DNA of 64,000 nucleotides from Bacteroidales bacterium (GTDB taxonomy: Bacteria > Bacteroidota > Bacteroidia > Bacteroidales > JAUNSR01), in assembly GCA_036655755.1 (NCBI GenBank), contig JAVVPN010000003.1, forward strand, positions 3,416-67,415, in the 5' to 3' direction. Positions within the stretch are counted from its first letter, which is position 1; each line of letters begins with the position of its first letter. Shown here piece by piece: positions 1-9,157 of this stretch. The notes under the pieces are model-generated. The model was not told the DNA's origin. It was given only the letters and a program-made list of their open reading frames with translations, and did not search any database. The position numbers and the translations under genes are program-made.

Positions 1-2
1 TA

Positions 3-170
3 AATGCCGACGCGTTGTTGCTTGTTACTGAATGGAAAGAGTTTCGTTTGCCTTCATGGCGAGTTGTGAAAAAAGTCATGAGAGCCAATGTGGTAATCGA
101 CGGGCGAAATATTTATGATCCGCAGGAGATGCAAGAAAATGGGTTCGTATATTATTCGATCGGCCGATAA
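3..170 (+). CDS. UDP-glucose 6-dehydrogenase family protein, C-terminal fragment (5' end outside window)
   Basis: The frame is open from the window edge to TAA at 168-170. It translates to NADALLLVTEWKEFRLPSWRVVKKVMRANVVIDGRNIYDPQEMQENGFVYYSIGR, which resembles the conserved C-terminal end of UDP-glucose/GDP-mannose dehydrogenases. Confidence 0.6.
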   Translation, partial: NADALLLVTEWKEFRLPSWRVVKKVMRANVVIDGRNIYDPQEMQENGFVYYSIGR

Positions 171-186
171 AAATAGATGATTATAA

Positions 187-2319
187 ATGACACTTGATAT
201 AACCCAAGACCTTAACAGTTTATTAAAAAAATATTACGGCTACGATTCGTTTCGTCCATTACAGCTCGATATCATCGAGCATGTACTGGACGGAAATGAC
301 GCATTGGTGTTGATGCCTACCGGAGGTGGAAAATCCATTTGCTATCAATTACCTGCGCTTGCCCGCGAAGGCACCGTTGTCGTTATCTCTCCATTGCTGG
401 CCCTGATGAAAGATCAGGTCGATGCGTTGCGAGCCAACGGTATCCCGGCGGCCGCGCTCAACAGCCTTCAAAGTGAGGCCGAAGCCGAGCTGATTAAAAA
501 CCAATGTATTTACGGTAAACTTAAATTGCTTTATATTTCACCCGAACGCGTGTTGGGTGAGATCGATTATTTATTGCGCCGTATGCCTGTCACGATGTTT
601 GCCATTGATGAGGCGCATTGTATTTCGCAGTGGGGACACGATTTCCGTACCACTTACACCGAATTATCCAAGCTGAAGCAATTCTTTCCGAATGTGCCAA
701 TGATGGCGCTTACGGCGACTGCGGATAAACTTACGCGCGAGGATATTCTCCAGCAATTAAACCTGCGTAGTCCGCGTGTGTTTATCTCTTCTTTCGACCG
801 GCCTAACTTGAGCCTTCGCGTAAAGAAAGGATTGAATAAAAAACAGAAACTATTCTCCATCGTCGAGTTTATCGAGCGACATCCGCGTCAGAGTGGTATT
901 ATTTATTGCCTAAGCCGCAATAGTACCGAAGCGCTCGCCGCCGAATTGGGTGAATATGGAATTGAAGCAGTTGCTTATCACGCCGGCATGGCACCCGAAG
1001 ACCGCGAAAAGATACAGTCCGATTTTCTGAACGACCGCATTGAGGTAATGTGTGCCACCATTGCATTCGGAATGGGTATCGACAAGTCGAATGTAAGGTG
1101 GGTGATTCATTATAACATGCCTAAAAGTCTCGAATGTTATTATCAGGAGATTGGCCGTGCGGGGCGCGACGGGATGCCGGGCGACACATTGCTTTTTTAC
1201 TCATTAGGCGATCTGGTGATGCTTTCTAAATTTGCCACCGAAAGCGGACAGAGTGAAATCAATCTTGAAAAATTACGTCGTATGCAGCAGTATGCCGAGG
1301 CCGATATCTGTCGCCGCCGTATTCTGCTGAGCTATTTTGGCGAAACTACCGAAACCGATTGTGGCAATTGTGACGTATGTAAAAATCCACCCGTTCGCTT
1401 CGATGGTACCGTGATTGCCCAAAAGGCACTTAGTGCGATTGTCCGAACGCAGGAACGTGTGGGTATCAATTTGCTGATTGATATTTTACGCGGGTCAAAA
1501 CGTTTCGAAATTACAGAAAAGGGATTCGATCAGATAAAGACCTTTGGTGCAGGAGCCGATCTTTCTCACGCGGTTTGGAATGCCTATCTGCTGCAACTAT
1601 TGCAATTGGGTTGTTTCGAAATGTTATACAAGCATGGCAATGTATTAAAGGTAACCGAACTGGGCTGGAAAGTGCTTAAAGGGGAAACCAATATTGAATT
1701 GCATGAGACAAAAGAGGAAGAGGTAAAACAAAAAACTACCCGTCGCAAAGCAACCGCATATATCGCACCCGAAGAGTCTTTGCTTTCCGAAGAAGATCGC
1801 TTGTTCGAGTCCTTGCGTATGTTGCGTAAGCGTATCGCAGTGGAGGAAGATGTGCCTGCATATATCGTATTTACCGATAAAGTTTTATCGGAGCTGGTAT
1901 CGGCGCGTCCTACCAATGTGCACCAATTTTCTGCTGTCAACGGGGTAGGCGAGCATAAGGCTAAGAAATACGGTAAAGAATTTGTCGATCTGATTCGTAA
2001 GGAATTGAATGTGAAGCGGCAGAAAGGCGACTCGATGTTGCAAACCCTGATGATGTATCAAAGCGGTATGTCGGTTGACGAAATTGTTGCCGCCCGTTCG
2101 ATGCAGCGTCCTACCGTATATTCTCATATCGCGCAGCTTGTGGCGGAAAATAAAATAACCAACTGGGATAATCTGATTGCAGACTATGAGTTGAAAAGTG
2201 TGCAGATGGCAGTGGCTCGCTTGGGCGGAAGCGAAGAGTTGAAGCCGATATTCGAATTGTTGAATGGGGGAGTGGAGTACGGTAAAATCCGTCTCGCACT
2301 CACCATTCTGAAAAAATAA
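187..2319 (+). CDS. recQ: ATP-dependent DNA helicase RecQ (long form with HRDC and an extra C-terminal HTH-like region)
   Basis: The 710-aa ORF has PTGGGKS (Walker A), DEAHCISQWGHDFR, the RecQ zinc-binding cysteines (CRRR...CGNCDVC) and an HRDC-like segment. Confidence 0.95.
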   Translation: MTLDITQDLNSLLKKYYGYDSFRPLQLDIIEHVLDGNDALVLMPTGGGKSICYQLPALAREGTVVVISPLLALMKDQVDALRANGIPAAALNSLQSEAEAELIKNQCIYGKLKLLYISPERVLGEIDYLLRRMPVTMFAIDEAHCISQWGHDFRTTYTELSKLKQFFPNVPMMALTATADKLTREDILQQLNLRSPRVFISSFDRPNLSLRVKKGLNKKQKLFSIVEFIERHPRQSGIIYCLSRNSTEALAAELGEYGIEAVAYHAGMAPEDREKIQSDFLNDRIEVMCATIAFGMGIDKSNVRWVIHYNMPKSLECYYQEIGRAGRDGMPGDTLLFYSLGDLVMLSKFATESGQSEINLEKLRRMQQYAEADICRRRILLSYFGETTETDCGNCDVCKNPPVRFDGTVIAQKALSAIVRTQERVGINLLIDILRGSKRFEITEKGFDQIKTFGAGADLSHAVWNAYLLQLLQLGCFEMLYKHGNVLKVTELGWKVLKGETNIELHETKEEEVKQKTTRRKATAYIAPEESLLSEEDRLFESLRMLRKRIAVEEDVPAYIVFTDKVLSELVSARPTNVHQFSAVNGVGEHKAKKYGKEFVDLIRKELNVKRQKGDSMLQTLMMYQSGMSVDEIVAARSMQRPTVYSHIAQLVAENKITNWDNLIADYELKSVQMAVARLGGSEELKPIFELLNGGVEYGKIRLALTILKK

Positions 2320-2330
2320 TATTCACTTAT

Positions 2331-3851
2331 CTATTCATTCGTCAGCGTACGGAATACCTTGAAGAGTTTTTCATAATTCTGATCCGGTAACTCAATCTGA
2401 ATGAGATCCCCTTTTTGCAGGACTAACGCAGGGGTTACCGGCACAGGATTTGTTTCGTCGCGTTTTATGCTTATTATTTTGCTGTCTCCGGGCAGTTCTA
2501 TCTGTCCGAGCTGTCGCCCTATCAATATCGAATCGTCGTTTACTTCAAAATTAACGGTAGTCAGTTGTCCCGTCTCTGCTTGTTCGTCTTGTAGCATCAA
2601 TTGATACAGTTTGTGATAAACCGGTTTGATGTTTAGGTATTGTCCGAACAAAAATGTGAGTGTCCCGGCAATAATCATCGGAAAGAATACATGATATTGT
2701 CCTGTCATCTCCAGAATCAACATCAGCCCGCTGATCGGTGCGCGAACCACCGATATGAAAAAAATCGACATCCCTATGATGGTGAAAAAGCCTGTGGTTT
2801 CGGGAGATACTATTCCAAACTGAATTAACATCAACGCATATCCTTTTCCTAAAAGACCACCCATTACAATCAGCGGAAGCAATAAGCTGCCACACAACCC
2901 AGTGGAATAACTGATTGCGGTGAACGCTATTTTGATCAGTACCATGGCAAAAAGCCACCATACATTCCCATCTTCAGATAAGGTTTGTTTAATCAGTTCG
3001 GTTTCCCCTCCCGAGGTCAGATCCAGAATCAACATTCCGGCAATATAGGTTACTCCTATAACACCAAACAACTTGATTCCGGTTGGTATTTTACAGTTCT
3101 TATACCAGTTTTTGAAATTGAAAAGGGATAGATTGAATAATTTACCACCCAATGCTCCTAATATGGCGAATCCGATCAGAATCATAAACAGCACTCCGAA
3201 CGAAACTTCCGGAAAATTGGTCGGAACGGTAAGATAAATATTATCGGGCAACATGAGTTGCGCACAATATCCGGCAGTAATACAGGCCAGTAGAGCCGGC
3301 AATCCTACCCGCAGCGACACCCATCCCAGTGTGTCTTCTATCAGAAAGATGGTTGAGGCAATCGGAGCGGTAAAGGCGGCCGATAAGCCGGCGCCGGCTC
3401 CTGCAGCTGTCAGATAACGCCGCTCAGTAGGTGTGGTTTTGAAATACTTGCTTACCAGCGATGCCCCGAATGCGCCGATCTCAACTGATGGCCCTTCTCG
3501 TCCGAGCGAAAGCCCCATGCCGATGGCTCCAAGACTGCCGAAGAATTTACTGACAAACTGCAACCATGGCTTGGTGAAATTAAAGCGTCCGAAAATTACT
3601 CCGCGCGATTGTGGTATGCCACTCCCCCCGATTAATGGCACATGGCGTGTCAGCCAGTAAATCCCCATCGCAAGCAACCACATAGCGGCGAATACGAGGG
3701 CATGATATAAAAAAGTCTGATCATGCCTGAACATCAGTTCACGCACAATCAGACTTTTGTTCAGACACCAGCGGAATGCGCTGCCGAATACTCCGGCAAA
3801 TAATCCTACCAGCAAGCTGAGTAAGAATAATCGGGTTTGAAATATCTTCAT
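2331..3851 (-). CDS. ClC family voltage-gated chloride channel/antiporter with C-terminal TrkA-C (RCK_C)-like domain
   Basis: The 506-aa polytopic membrane ORF has GSGIPQ and GREGP selectivity motifs. Its C-terminal ~80 aa resemble a TrkA-C domain (SILIGRQLGQIELPGDSKIISIKRD...GDLIQIE). Confidence 0.85.
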   Translation of the reverse strand: MKIFQTRLFLLSLLVGLFAGVFGSAFRWCLNKSLIVRELMFRHDQTFLYHALVFAAMWLLAMGIYWLTRHVPLIGGSGIPQSRGVIFGRFNFTKPWLQFVSKFFGSLGAIGMGLSLGREGPSVEIGAFGASLVSKYFKTTPTERRYLTAAGAGAGLSAAFTAPIASTIFLIEDTLGWVSLRVGLPALLACITAGYCAQLMLPDNIYLTVPTNFPEVSFGVLFMILIGFAILGALGGKLFNLSLFNFKNWYKNCKIPTGIKLFGVIGVTYIAGMLILDLTSGGETELIKQTLSEDGNVWWLFAMVLIKIAFTAISYSTGLCGSLLLPLIVMGGLLGKGYALMLIQFGIVSPETTGFFTIIGMSIFFISVVRAPISGLMLILEMTGQYHVFFPMIIAGTLTFLFGQYLNIKPVYHKLYQLMLQDEQAETGQLTTVNFEVNDDSILIGRQLGQIELPGDSKIISIKRDETNPVPVTPALVLQKGDLIQIELPDQNYEKLFKVFRTLTNE

Positions 3852-3930
3852 TTATAATTCGGTTAAACAATGATTCTTATGAAGCGCTAACGCTTTTAAG
3901 AAGTCAATAGTTCACATCCGATTACAACTT

Positions 3931-4899
3931 TTAAAAATGATACTCTTCTGTAATCTTATAGCCATTCAGCAGGCTTGGGATATCCATTCGTTTTTTGCCG
4001 GCAAGCTGCACCTGTTTTAAGGCGATAAAGCCATCTTTTACCGCTACTTCAAGTTTCGATTTGCCATCTGTGCGAATCGATCCCGGTGCAAGCGTGTGCG
4101 GTTCAGTGATTTTTGCCACTTCAAAAATCTTCATCCCGGTTACCGTGCCGTCGGGTGCCACCAACTCGCTCCATGCGGCCGGATAAGGCGACATGCCGCG
4201 AATCAAATTGTAAACCGAAGTCGTATCCTTATCCCAGTCGATATGACAGGTATCTTTGAAAATCTTCGGAGCGGCGCGCAATTCAGATTCATCTTTAAAA
4301 AAGCGGCTCTGATCTACAGCATCTACCTTCCCGTCAAGAATGGCATCTACCGTGCGGGTTACCAGCGTTCCACCCATTGCCATCAGGCGGTCGTGTACCG
4401 ATCCTACGTTTTCATCATCGCCGATCGCTATTTTTTCCTGTAAGATGATCTTACCGGTATCGATTTCATGTGTCAGGAAGAAAGTGGTTGCTCCCGTCTC
4501 TTTATCCCCGTTGATAACAGCCCAGTTGATAGGAGCAGCTCCGCGGTATTGAGGCAGTAAGGATGCGTGCAGGTTGAATGTGCCGAATCGGGGCATGTCC
4601 CATACCACTTCGGGTAACATACGGAAAGCCACCACGATCTGCAGATCGGCCTTCCATGCGCGCAAAGCCTCTAAAAACGCTTCGTCTTTCAGTTTTTCGG
4701 GTTGCAGTAAAGGCAGGTTTTGCGATACGGCATACTCTTTCACGGCAGAAGCCTGTAGCTTATGTCCGCGCCCGGCCGGTTTATCGGGCATCGTAATCAC
4801 TCCGACTACATTATATCCCCCCTCTACCAATGCTTTCAAGCTTTCTACAGCAAAGTCGGGGGTACCCATATATACAATTCTTAAATCTTTTTTTTCCAT
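3931..4899 (-). CDS. fmt: methionyl-tRNA formyltransferase
   Basis: The 322-aa ORF has N-terminal YMGTPDFAV, plus HASLLPQYRGAAPINWAVING, typical of Fmt. Confidence 0.95.
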   Translation of the reverse strand: MEKKDLRIVYMGTPDFAVESLKALVEGGYNVVGVITMPDKPAGRGHKLQASAVKEYAVSQNLPLLQPEKLKDEAFLEALRAWKADLQIVVAFRMLPEVVWDMPRFGTFNLHASLLPQYRGAAPINWAVINGDKETGATTFFLTHEIDTGKIILQEKIAIGDDENVGSVHDRLMAMGGTLVTRTVDAILDGKVDAVDQSRFFKDESELRAAPKIFKDTCHIDWDKDTTSVYNLIRGMSPYPAAWSELVAPDGTVTGMKIFEVAKITEPHTLAPGSIRTDGKSKLEVAVKDGFIALKQVQLAGKKRMDIPSLLNGYKITEEYHF

Positions 4900-4917
4900 A
4901 ATCCAGTTTAGTTGTCG

Positions 4918-6702
4918 TTAATCCTCTGAGAAATGTCGTAACACTTTCCGGTATGAGTTGAATATTTTGGCTTTCGACACGAACCCGATGTACTGGCCGT
5001 TCTCTACGACCGGCAGATTCCACGCGTTTGTATCGTCAAACAGGTTCATGACCTGTTCCATAGGCATCCCCACCTCAATTTTCCCGGGAGGGGAAATCAT
5101 GAATTGTTTTACCGTTAGCCGCCCATAGAGGCGTTGCTGAAACATGATGTTACGGATGTCATTCAATAAAACAATACCGAGAAACTTATTGTTGTCATCT
5201 GTCACCGGGAAGATATTTCGTTCTGATTTTGAAATCACCTTTACGATATCGCCGAGTGTCATTTCGGGGTGGACGATTTGCAGGTCCTTTTCAATAACAC
5301 TATCCATTTTAAGCAATGTCAGTACGGCTTTATCTTTATGATGCGTAATCAGTTCCCCTTTTTTGGCCAAACGACGCGTATAAATGCTATAAGGTTCGAA
5401 AATACGGATGGTTCCGTAAGAGAGGGTCGATACGATCATCAGCGGCAAGAATAAGTCGAATCCACCGGTCAGCTCGGCGCTTAGGAAGATACCCATTAGC
5501 GGAGCGTGCATTACACCCGACATGACCGCGGCCATACCCATTACGGCAAAATTCTTTTCAGGAAGGAACGGAGTATAACCGAAATGGTTGAGCGCATATG
5601 CAAACAAGAATCCGGCCATATTTCCCAAAAACAAACTTGGAGCGAACGTACCCCCTACGCCACCCCCTCCGTTGGTGGCCGCCGTGGCAAATACCTTGGT
5701 CAGCATGATCAGTGTAATAAAGGCCGAAAAGATCCAGAAGTTCTCACGCCCTTCATAAAACAAACTTCCGATGGTCATCTGTTGCGACGTGCCGTTGTAA
5801 ATATCCAATATCGCATCATATCCTTCCCCATAGAGTGGGGGCAGGATAAAGATCAGCACACTCAGTACGGCCGAACCGAGGAAGAATTTTTTCCACGGGT
5901 TACCCAGTTTTTTCATCAAATCTTCCGCCCAAAACATACAACGGGTGAAATAGAGCGAAACGAATCCGCAAACGATACCCAGTAAAATTACATAGGGGAT
6001 GCGCTCGGTTAAAAACGGATCTGTCTGTGTGAAGCTAAACTGAGCCATCGGGCCCGAAAATATGTAGGCGATCGACGCCGCCGTTACCGCCGAAATAAGC
6101 AGTGGCATGATTGAAAAGGCGGTCAGGTCGAGCATCAATACTTCAATGGTAAACAGAAGGCCTGCGATCGGCGCCTTAAAGATTCCGGCGATACCCGCTG
6201 TTGCCCCACATCCGAGCAGTAGCATCAGCGTACGTTGGTCCATCTTGAAAAAACGTCCCACATTCGATCCGATTGCCGCTCCGGTATATACGATCGGCGC
6301 CTCAGCCCCAACTGATCCCCCGAATCCGATGGTGATCGAACTTGCTACGATGGAGGTGTACATATTATGTGGCTTCAGCCTGCTTTTTCGTTGCGAAATA
6401 GCATACAGAATACGTGTTACCCCGTGGCTGATATCATCTTTTACAACATATCGCACATAGATGCCCGCCAGGAAAATACCGATTACCGGATAAAGCAGGT
6501 AAAGGTAGTTGGCGTTTTCCACACTGAAATGGTTGGTCAGCCATCCCTGGATACCATGAATGACAAATTTGAGCAACAACGCGGCTCCTGCTCCTAAAAG
6601 CCCGGTTACAAAACTTAAAATCAGAACAAAGTTCTTTTCGGTAATATGGCGCTCCCGCCATAAAATGATTCTTATATACCAGTCGGTAGTATTAATGCGC
6701 AT
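4918..6702 (-). CDS. ClC family chloride channel with C-terminal CBS domain pair
   Basis: The 594-aa ORF has GGSVGAEAP and GIFKAPIAG motifs in a polytopic core. The C-terminal ~140 aa look like tandem CBS domains. Confidence 0.85.
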   Translation of the reverse strand: MRINTTDWYIRIILWRERHITEKNFVLILSFVTGLLGAGAALLLKFVIHGIQGWLTNHFSVENANYLYLLYPVIGIFLAGIYVRYVVKDDISHGVTRILYAISQRKSRLKPHNMYTSIVASSITIGFGGSVGAEAPIVYTGAAIGSNVGRFFKMDQRTLMLLLGCGATAGIAGIFKAPIAGLLFTIEVLMLDLTAFSIMPLLISAVTAASIAYIFSGPMAQFSFTQTDPFLTERIPYVILLGIVCGFVSLYFTRCMFWAEDLMKKLGNPWKKFFLGSAVLSVLIFILPPLYGEGYDAILDIYNGTSQQMTIGSLFYEGRENFWIFSAFITLIMLTKVFATAATNGGGGVGGTFAPSLFLGNMAGFLFAYALNHFGYTPFLPEKNFAVMGMAAVMSGVMHAPLMGIFLSAELTGGFDLFLPLMIVSTLSYGTIRIFEPYSIYTRRLAKKGELITHHKDKAVLTLLKMDSVIEKDLQIVHPEMTLGDIVKVISKSERNIFPVTDDNNKFLGIVLLNDIRNIMFQQRLYGRLTVKQFMISPPGKIEVGMPMEQVMNLFDDTNAWNLPVVENGQYIGFVSKAKIFNSYRKVLRHFSED

Positions 6703-6715
6703 ATTGATTAATGTT

Positions 6716-8128
6716 CTAAATTCCTCTTCCTGTTAAAACGGTACGGACTGTATAAATCAAAATTTTACAATCTACCGCTAGTGAGATGTTTTCCAGGTAT
6801 AAAAGATCATATTGAAGGCGTTCGATCATTCCCTCTACATTCGAGGCATATCCGTATTTCACCATTCCCCACGAGGTTATGCCGGGGCGGATTTGGTGAA
6901 CCATACAATAATATGGTGCTTTCTTGCCAATTTGTTCAATATAGCAAGCGCGCTCGGGGCGTGGCCCCACCAGCGACATATCTCCTTTTAATACGTTCCA
7001 GAATTGCGGGATTTCGTCAAGCCGGTATTTTCTCAGAAAGTGACCCATCGGAGTGATGCGTGGGTCATTTTCGCTCGACAGGGCAGGTCCCCCTTTTTCT
7101 GCATCCGTATACATGGTGCGGAATTTGACAATCTTAAACGGTCGGCCGAATTTGCCGATTCTTTCCTGTCGGTAAAAAACAGGTCCTTTTGAGTCGGTCT
7201 TCACAAAGAGCGCTAAGATAAGATAAAGTGGCGAAAGCAGCAAAAGAGCAAGCAGTGAGAATAAAATATCTCCGGTGCGTTTGCAGTTAATTTGCGCTTC
7301 GCTTAATTTACCCCGGCTGATATCCAGCATCGGCGTTTCATAAAGCGACCGCATTTTTACTTTTCCCAGCAGAATATCCTGCAGGTCGGCATGCATGCGG
7401 ATGGCAAACCCATACGGGTAGAGTTGGCGCACTACGCGGAAAATCTCTTCGGGTGTGCGGATATCGGGCGCAAATATAAAATGTTCGATCTGATAATCTT
7501 TTACGATACCGTCGAGATTTTCGAGTTCGCCCAATATGGGCAATTCGTTGCAATTGTATTTTTCACACCCCGTAGTAACATACCCCTTCACAATATAACC
7601 GAGTTGTTGTTTTTTTCGGTTGAAATCTTCCGTCAGGCTCAATGCGTTTTTTCCCGAACCTACGATAAGTGTGTTCAGCCCCCATTTGCCCCCGTGAATA
7701 AGCCGTGTGGCATGGCGCGTGATGAGGTAGCGCAAGGCATAAACCGGGATAAACTCAAGCAGAAACAATACGATGATCAAATGGAAATAATGGTCTGCGT
7801 TGAGGGGCATGTCATCAAGAACCACCGCGAAAAAGAAAAATAAAACGCCCGTTCCGACCGAAATCAACGTGGTTTTCAGCTCCTCAAGTCGCGACTTCAG
7901 AAAGGGTTGGTTATAATATCCCGAAAGGAAAAACAGCCCGAGCCAAAGTAAGGGGCTCAGTAATTGTCCCTCTATCACGTTCCGGTATGTCAGAAACGCT
8001 TCGGGGGTAGCAAAAGCTTTATACCCCACCACTTGATAGCGGTATAGGTTGAATAAGAACCAGCCGATCGTGGAGGCTCCCAGATCGGCGATAATGTATT
8101 TGAGTATTTGGTATTTCGATTTTATCAT
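6716..8128 (-). CDS. polyprenyl-phosphate glycosyl-1-phosphate transferase (WbaP/exopolysaccharide sugar transferase family)
   Basis: The 470-aa ORF has N-terminal TM helices. The C-terminal bacterial sugar transferase motif is PRITPMGHFLRKYRLDEIPQFWNVLKGDMSLVGPRP. Confidence 0.85.
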   Translation of the reverse strand: MIKSKYQILKYIIADLGASTIGWFLFNLYRYQVVGYKAFATPEAFLTYRNVIEGQLLSPLLWLGLFFLSGYYNQPFLKSRLEELKTTLISVGTGVLFFFFAVVLDDMPLNADHYFHLIIVLFLLEFIPVYALRYLITRHATRLIHGGKWGLNTLIVGSGKNALSLTEDFNRKKQQLGYIVKGYVTTGCEKYNCNELPILGELENLDGIVKDYQIEHFIFAPDIRTPEEIFRVVRQLYPYGFAIRMHADLQDILLGKVKMRSLYETPMLDISRGKLSEAQINCKRTGDILFSLLALLLLSPLYLILALFVKTDSKGPVFYRQERIGKFGRPFKIVKFRTMYTDAEKGGPALSSENDPRITPMGHFLRKYRLDEIPQFWNVLKGDMSLVGPRPERACYIEQIGKKAPYYCMVHQIRPGITSWGMVKYGYASNVEGMIERLQYDLLYLENISLAVDCKILIYTVRTVLTGRGI

Positions 8129-8134
8129 GTTGTA

Positions 8135-8698
8135 TTATTCGCGGATCACTTCGATCAAGCCACCTTCACCTACTTTAATGATACCTGAAGGAGTGGGGCG
8201 CGACATATCGTCCTGGCGGTAAGTTACCACATAATCTACAGCATCTTTGATTTCATCAGAGATTTCAGAAAAATTGAGCGGTGTTTTTTCGCCGCTGATA
8301 TTTGCCGAGGTGGATACGATCGCTTTCTTGAACCGTTCGCACAACCGTTTTGAAAAATCCTCTTTCGTAATGCGGATACCAATTGATTTGTCGGCTCCGA
8401 TTAGGTTGGGCGCCAGGTTGCGGGCGTTCGGATAAATAATCGTAAGCGGCTTGTTGGCTACTTCAATCAAATCCCATGTGATTTCGGGAGCTTGATCTAC
8501 ATAAAAGTCGATTTTTACCGGATTATCTACCAATACCAGCATCGCTTTCTGGTCGATCCGTTTTTTAATATCATATACCTTCTTTACGGCTGCTTCGTTG
8601 GTTGCGTCGCATCCGATTCCCCATACGGTATCGGTAGGGTAGAGGATTACTCCTCCTTGCTGCATTACTTCGCAGGCTTTCTTGATATCGTCGTTCAT
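8135..8698 (-). CDS. tsaC: L-threonylcarbamoyladenylate synthase (YrdC/TsaC family)
   Basis: The 187-aa ORF has YPTDTVWGIGCDA and STSANISG motifs of the YrdC/Sua5 fold. Confidence 0.85.
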   Translation of the reverse strand: MNDDIKKACEVMQQGGVILYPTDTVWGIGCDATNEAAVKKVYDIKKRIDQKAMLVLVDNPVKIDFYVDQAPEITWDLIEVANKPLTIIYPNARNLAPNLIGADKSIGIRITKEDFSKRLCERFKKAIVSTSANISGEKTPLNFSEISDEIKDAVDYVVTYRQDDMSRPTPSGIIKVGEGGLIEVIRE

Positions 8699-8762
8699 CT
8701 TAATCTATAGGTTGTTAATGATTATCTTTTGTGGCGTTGTGACGGCCACGGAAAGAGATAAA

Positions 8763-8770
8763 CAAAGTTA
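8763..8770 (-). promoter_or_regulatory. candidate Bacteroidota -7 promoter box for the tsaC operon
   Basis: The minus strand reads TAACTTTG (TAnnTTTG consensus), about 65 nt upstream of the tsaC ATG at 8698. Confidence 0.45.
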
Positions 8771-8802
8771 ATCAATTATGTAATAAGTTGGATATTTTTG
8801 GG

Positions 8803-8810
8803 TATTATCC
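8803..8810 (+). promoter_or_regulatory. orphan TAnnTTTG box on plus strand pointing into the non-coding gap
   Basis: The plus strand reads TATTTTTG. No plus-strand gene lies downstream. This motif alone is weak evidence, since matches are expected by chance. Confidence 0.25.
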
Positions 8811-8909
8811 CTTGCTTTATATAATGAGGAGGAGCTAAATTGACGGTATCTGCGGGTGTAATTTATCCCTCTGCCGTAAGTAATAGCCCGAGACAAACTC
8901 AACGATCGC

Positions 8910-9003
8910 CCGCGAGCAACCTGATTGCCGTCCGCGAAGAATTTAAGTGTCGCTCCCGAGCGGCGTTCGGGTTCTCCGCGGACGGCAATCAGGTTGCTCG
9001 CGG
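8910..9003. repeat. perfect 27-bp inverted repeat (long hairpin/cruciform-capable element), function unknown
   Basis: 8910-8936 (CCGCGAGCAACCTGATTGCCGTCCGCG) is the exact reverse complement of 8977-9003. The 40-nt spacer can extend the helix and form a small apical stem (CCCGA/TCGGG). Confidence 0.9.
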
Positions 9004-9110
9004 AGGAACACTTGGTTTTTCGTGAAGTATCAATAACGGAAGAGGCAGTGATACGATATGAGAGAAGGACGAATAATGCTTCCTTATCCCAAAGCCAGCA
9101 ATAGTACTTT

Positions 9111-9157
9111 GTGGAAAAAGGAAACACCATTCGCCCTTCGGCAAAAAATGGGTGTTC
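9111..9157 (-). terminator. intrinsic terminator of the sensor kinase/response regulator operon
   Basis: A hairpin (GAACACCCATT...AATGGTGTTTC with inner GCC-GAAG-GGC) lies directly after the kinase stop and is followed on the minus strand by TTTCCTTTTTCC. Confidence 0.7.

Noticed and set aside
8768-9130. ORFs on both strands across the 8.8-9.1 kb gap (120 aa minus strand, 61 aa plus strand). The plus-strand ORF is preceded by AGGAGG.
   Set aside because: Both frames are open because the GC-rich palindrome lacks stop codons. The peptides mirror each other across the repeat and have no protein-like features. The plus-strand ORF starts at TTG, and Shine-Dalgarno use is uncommon in this phylum.
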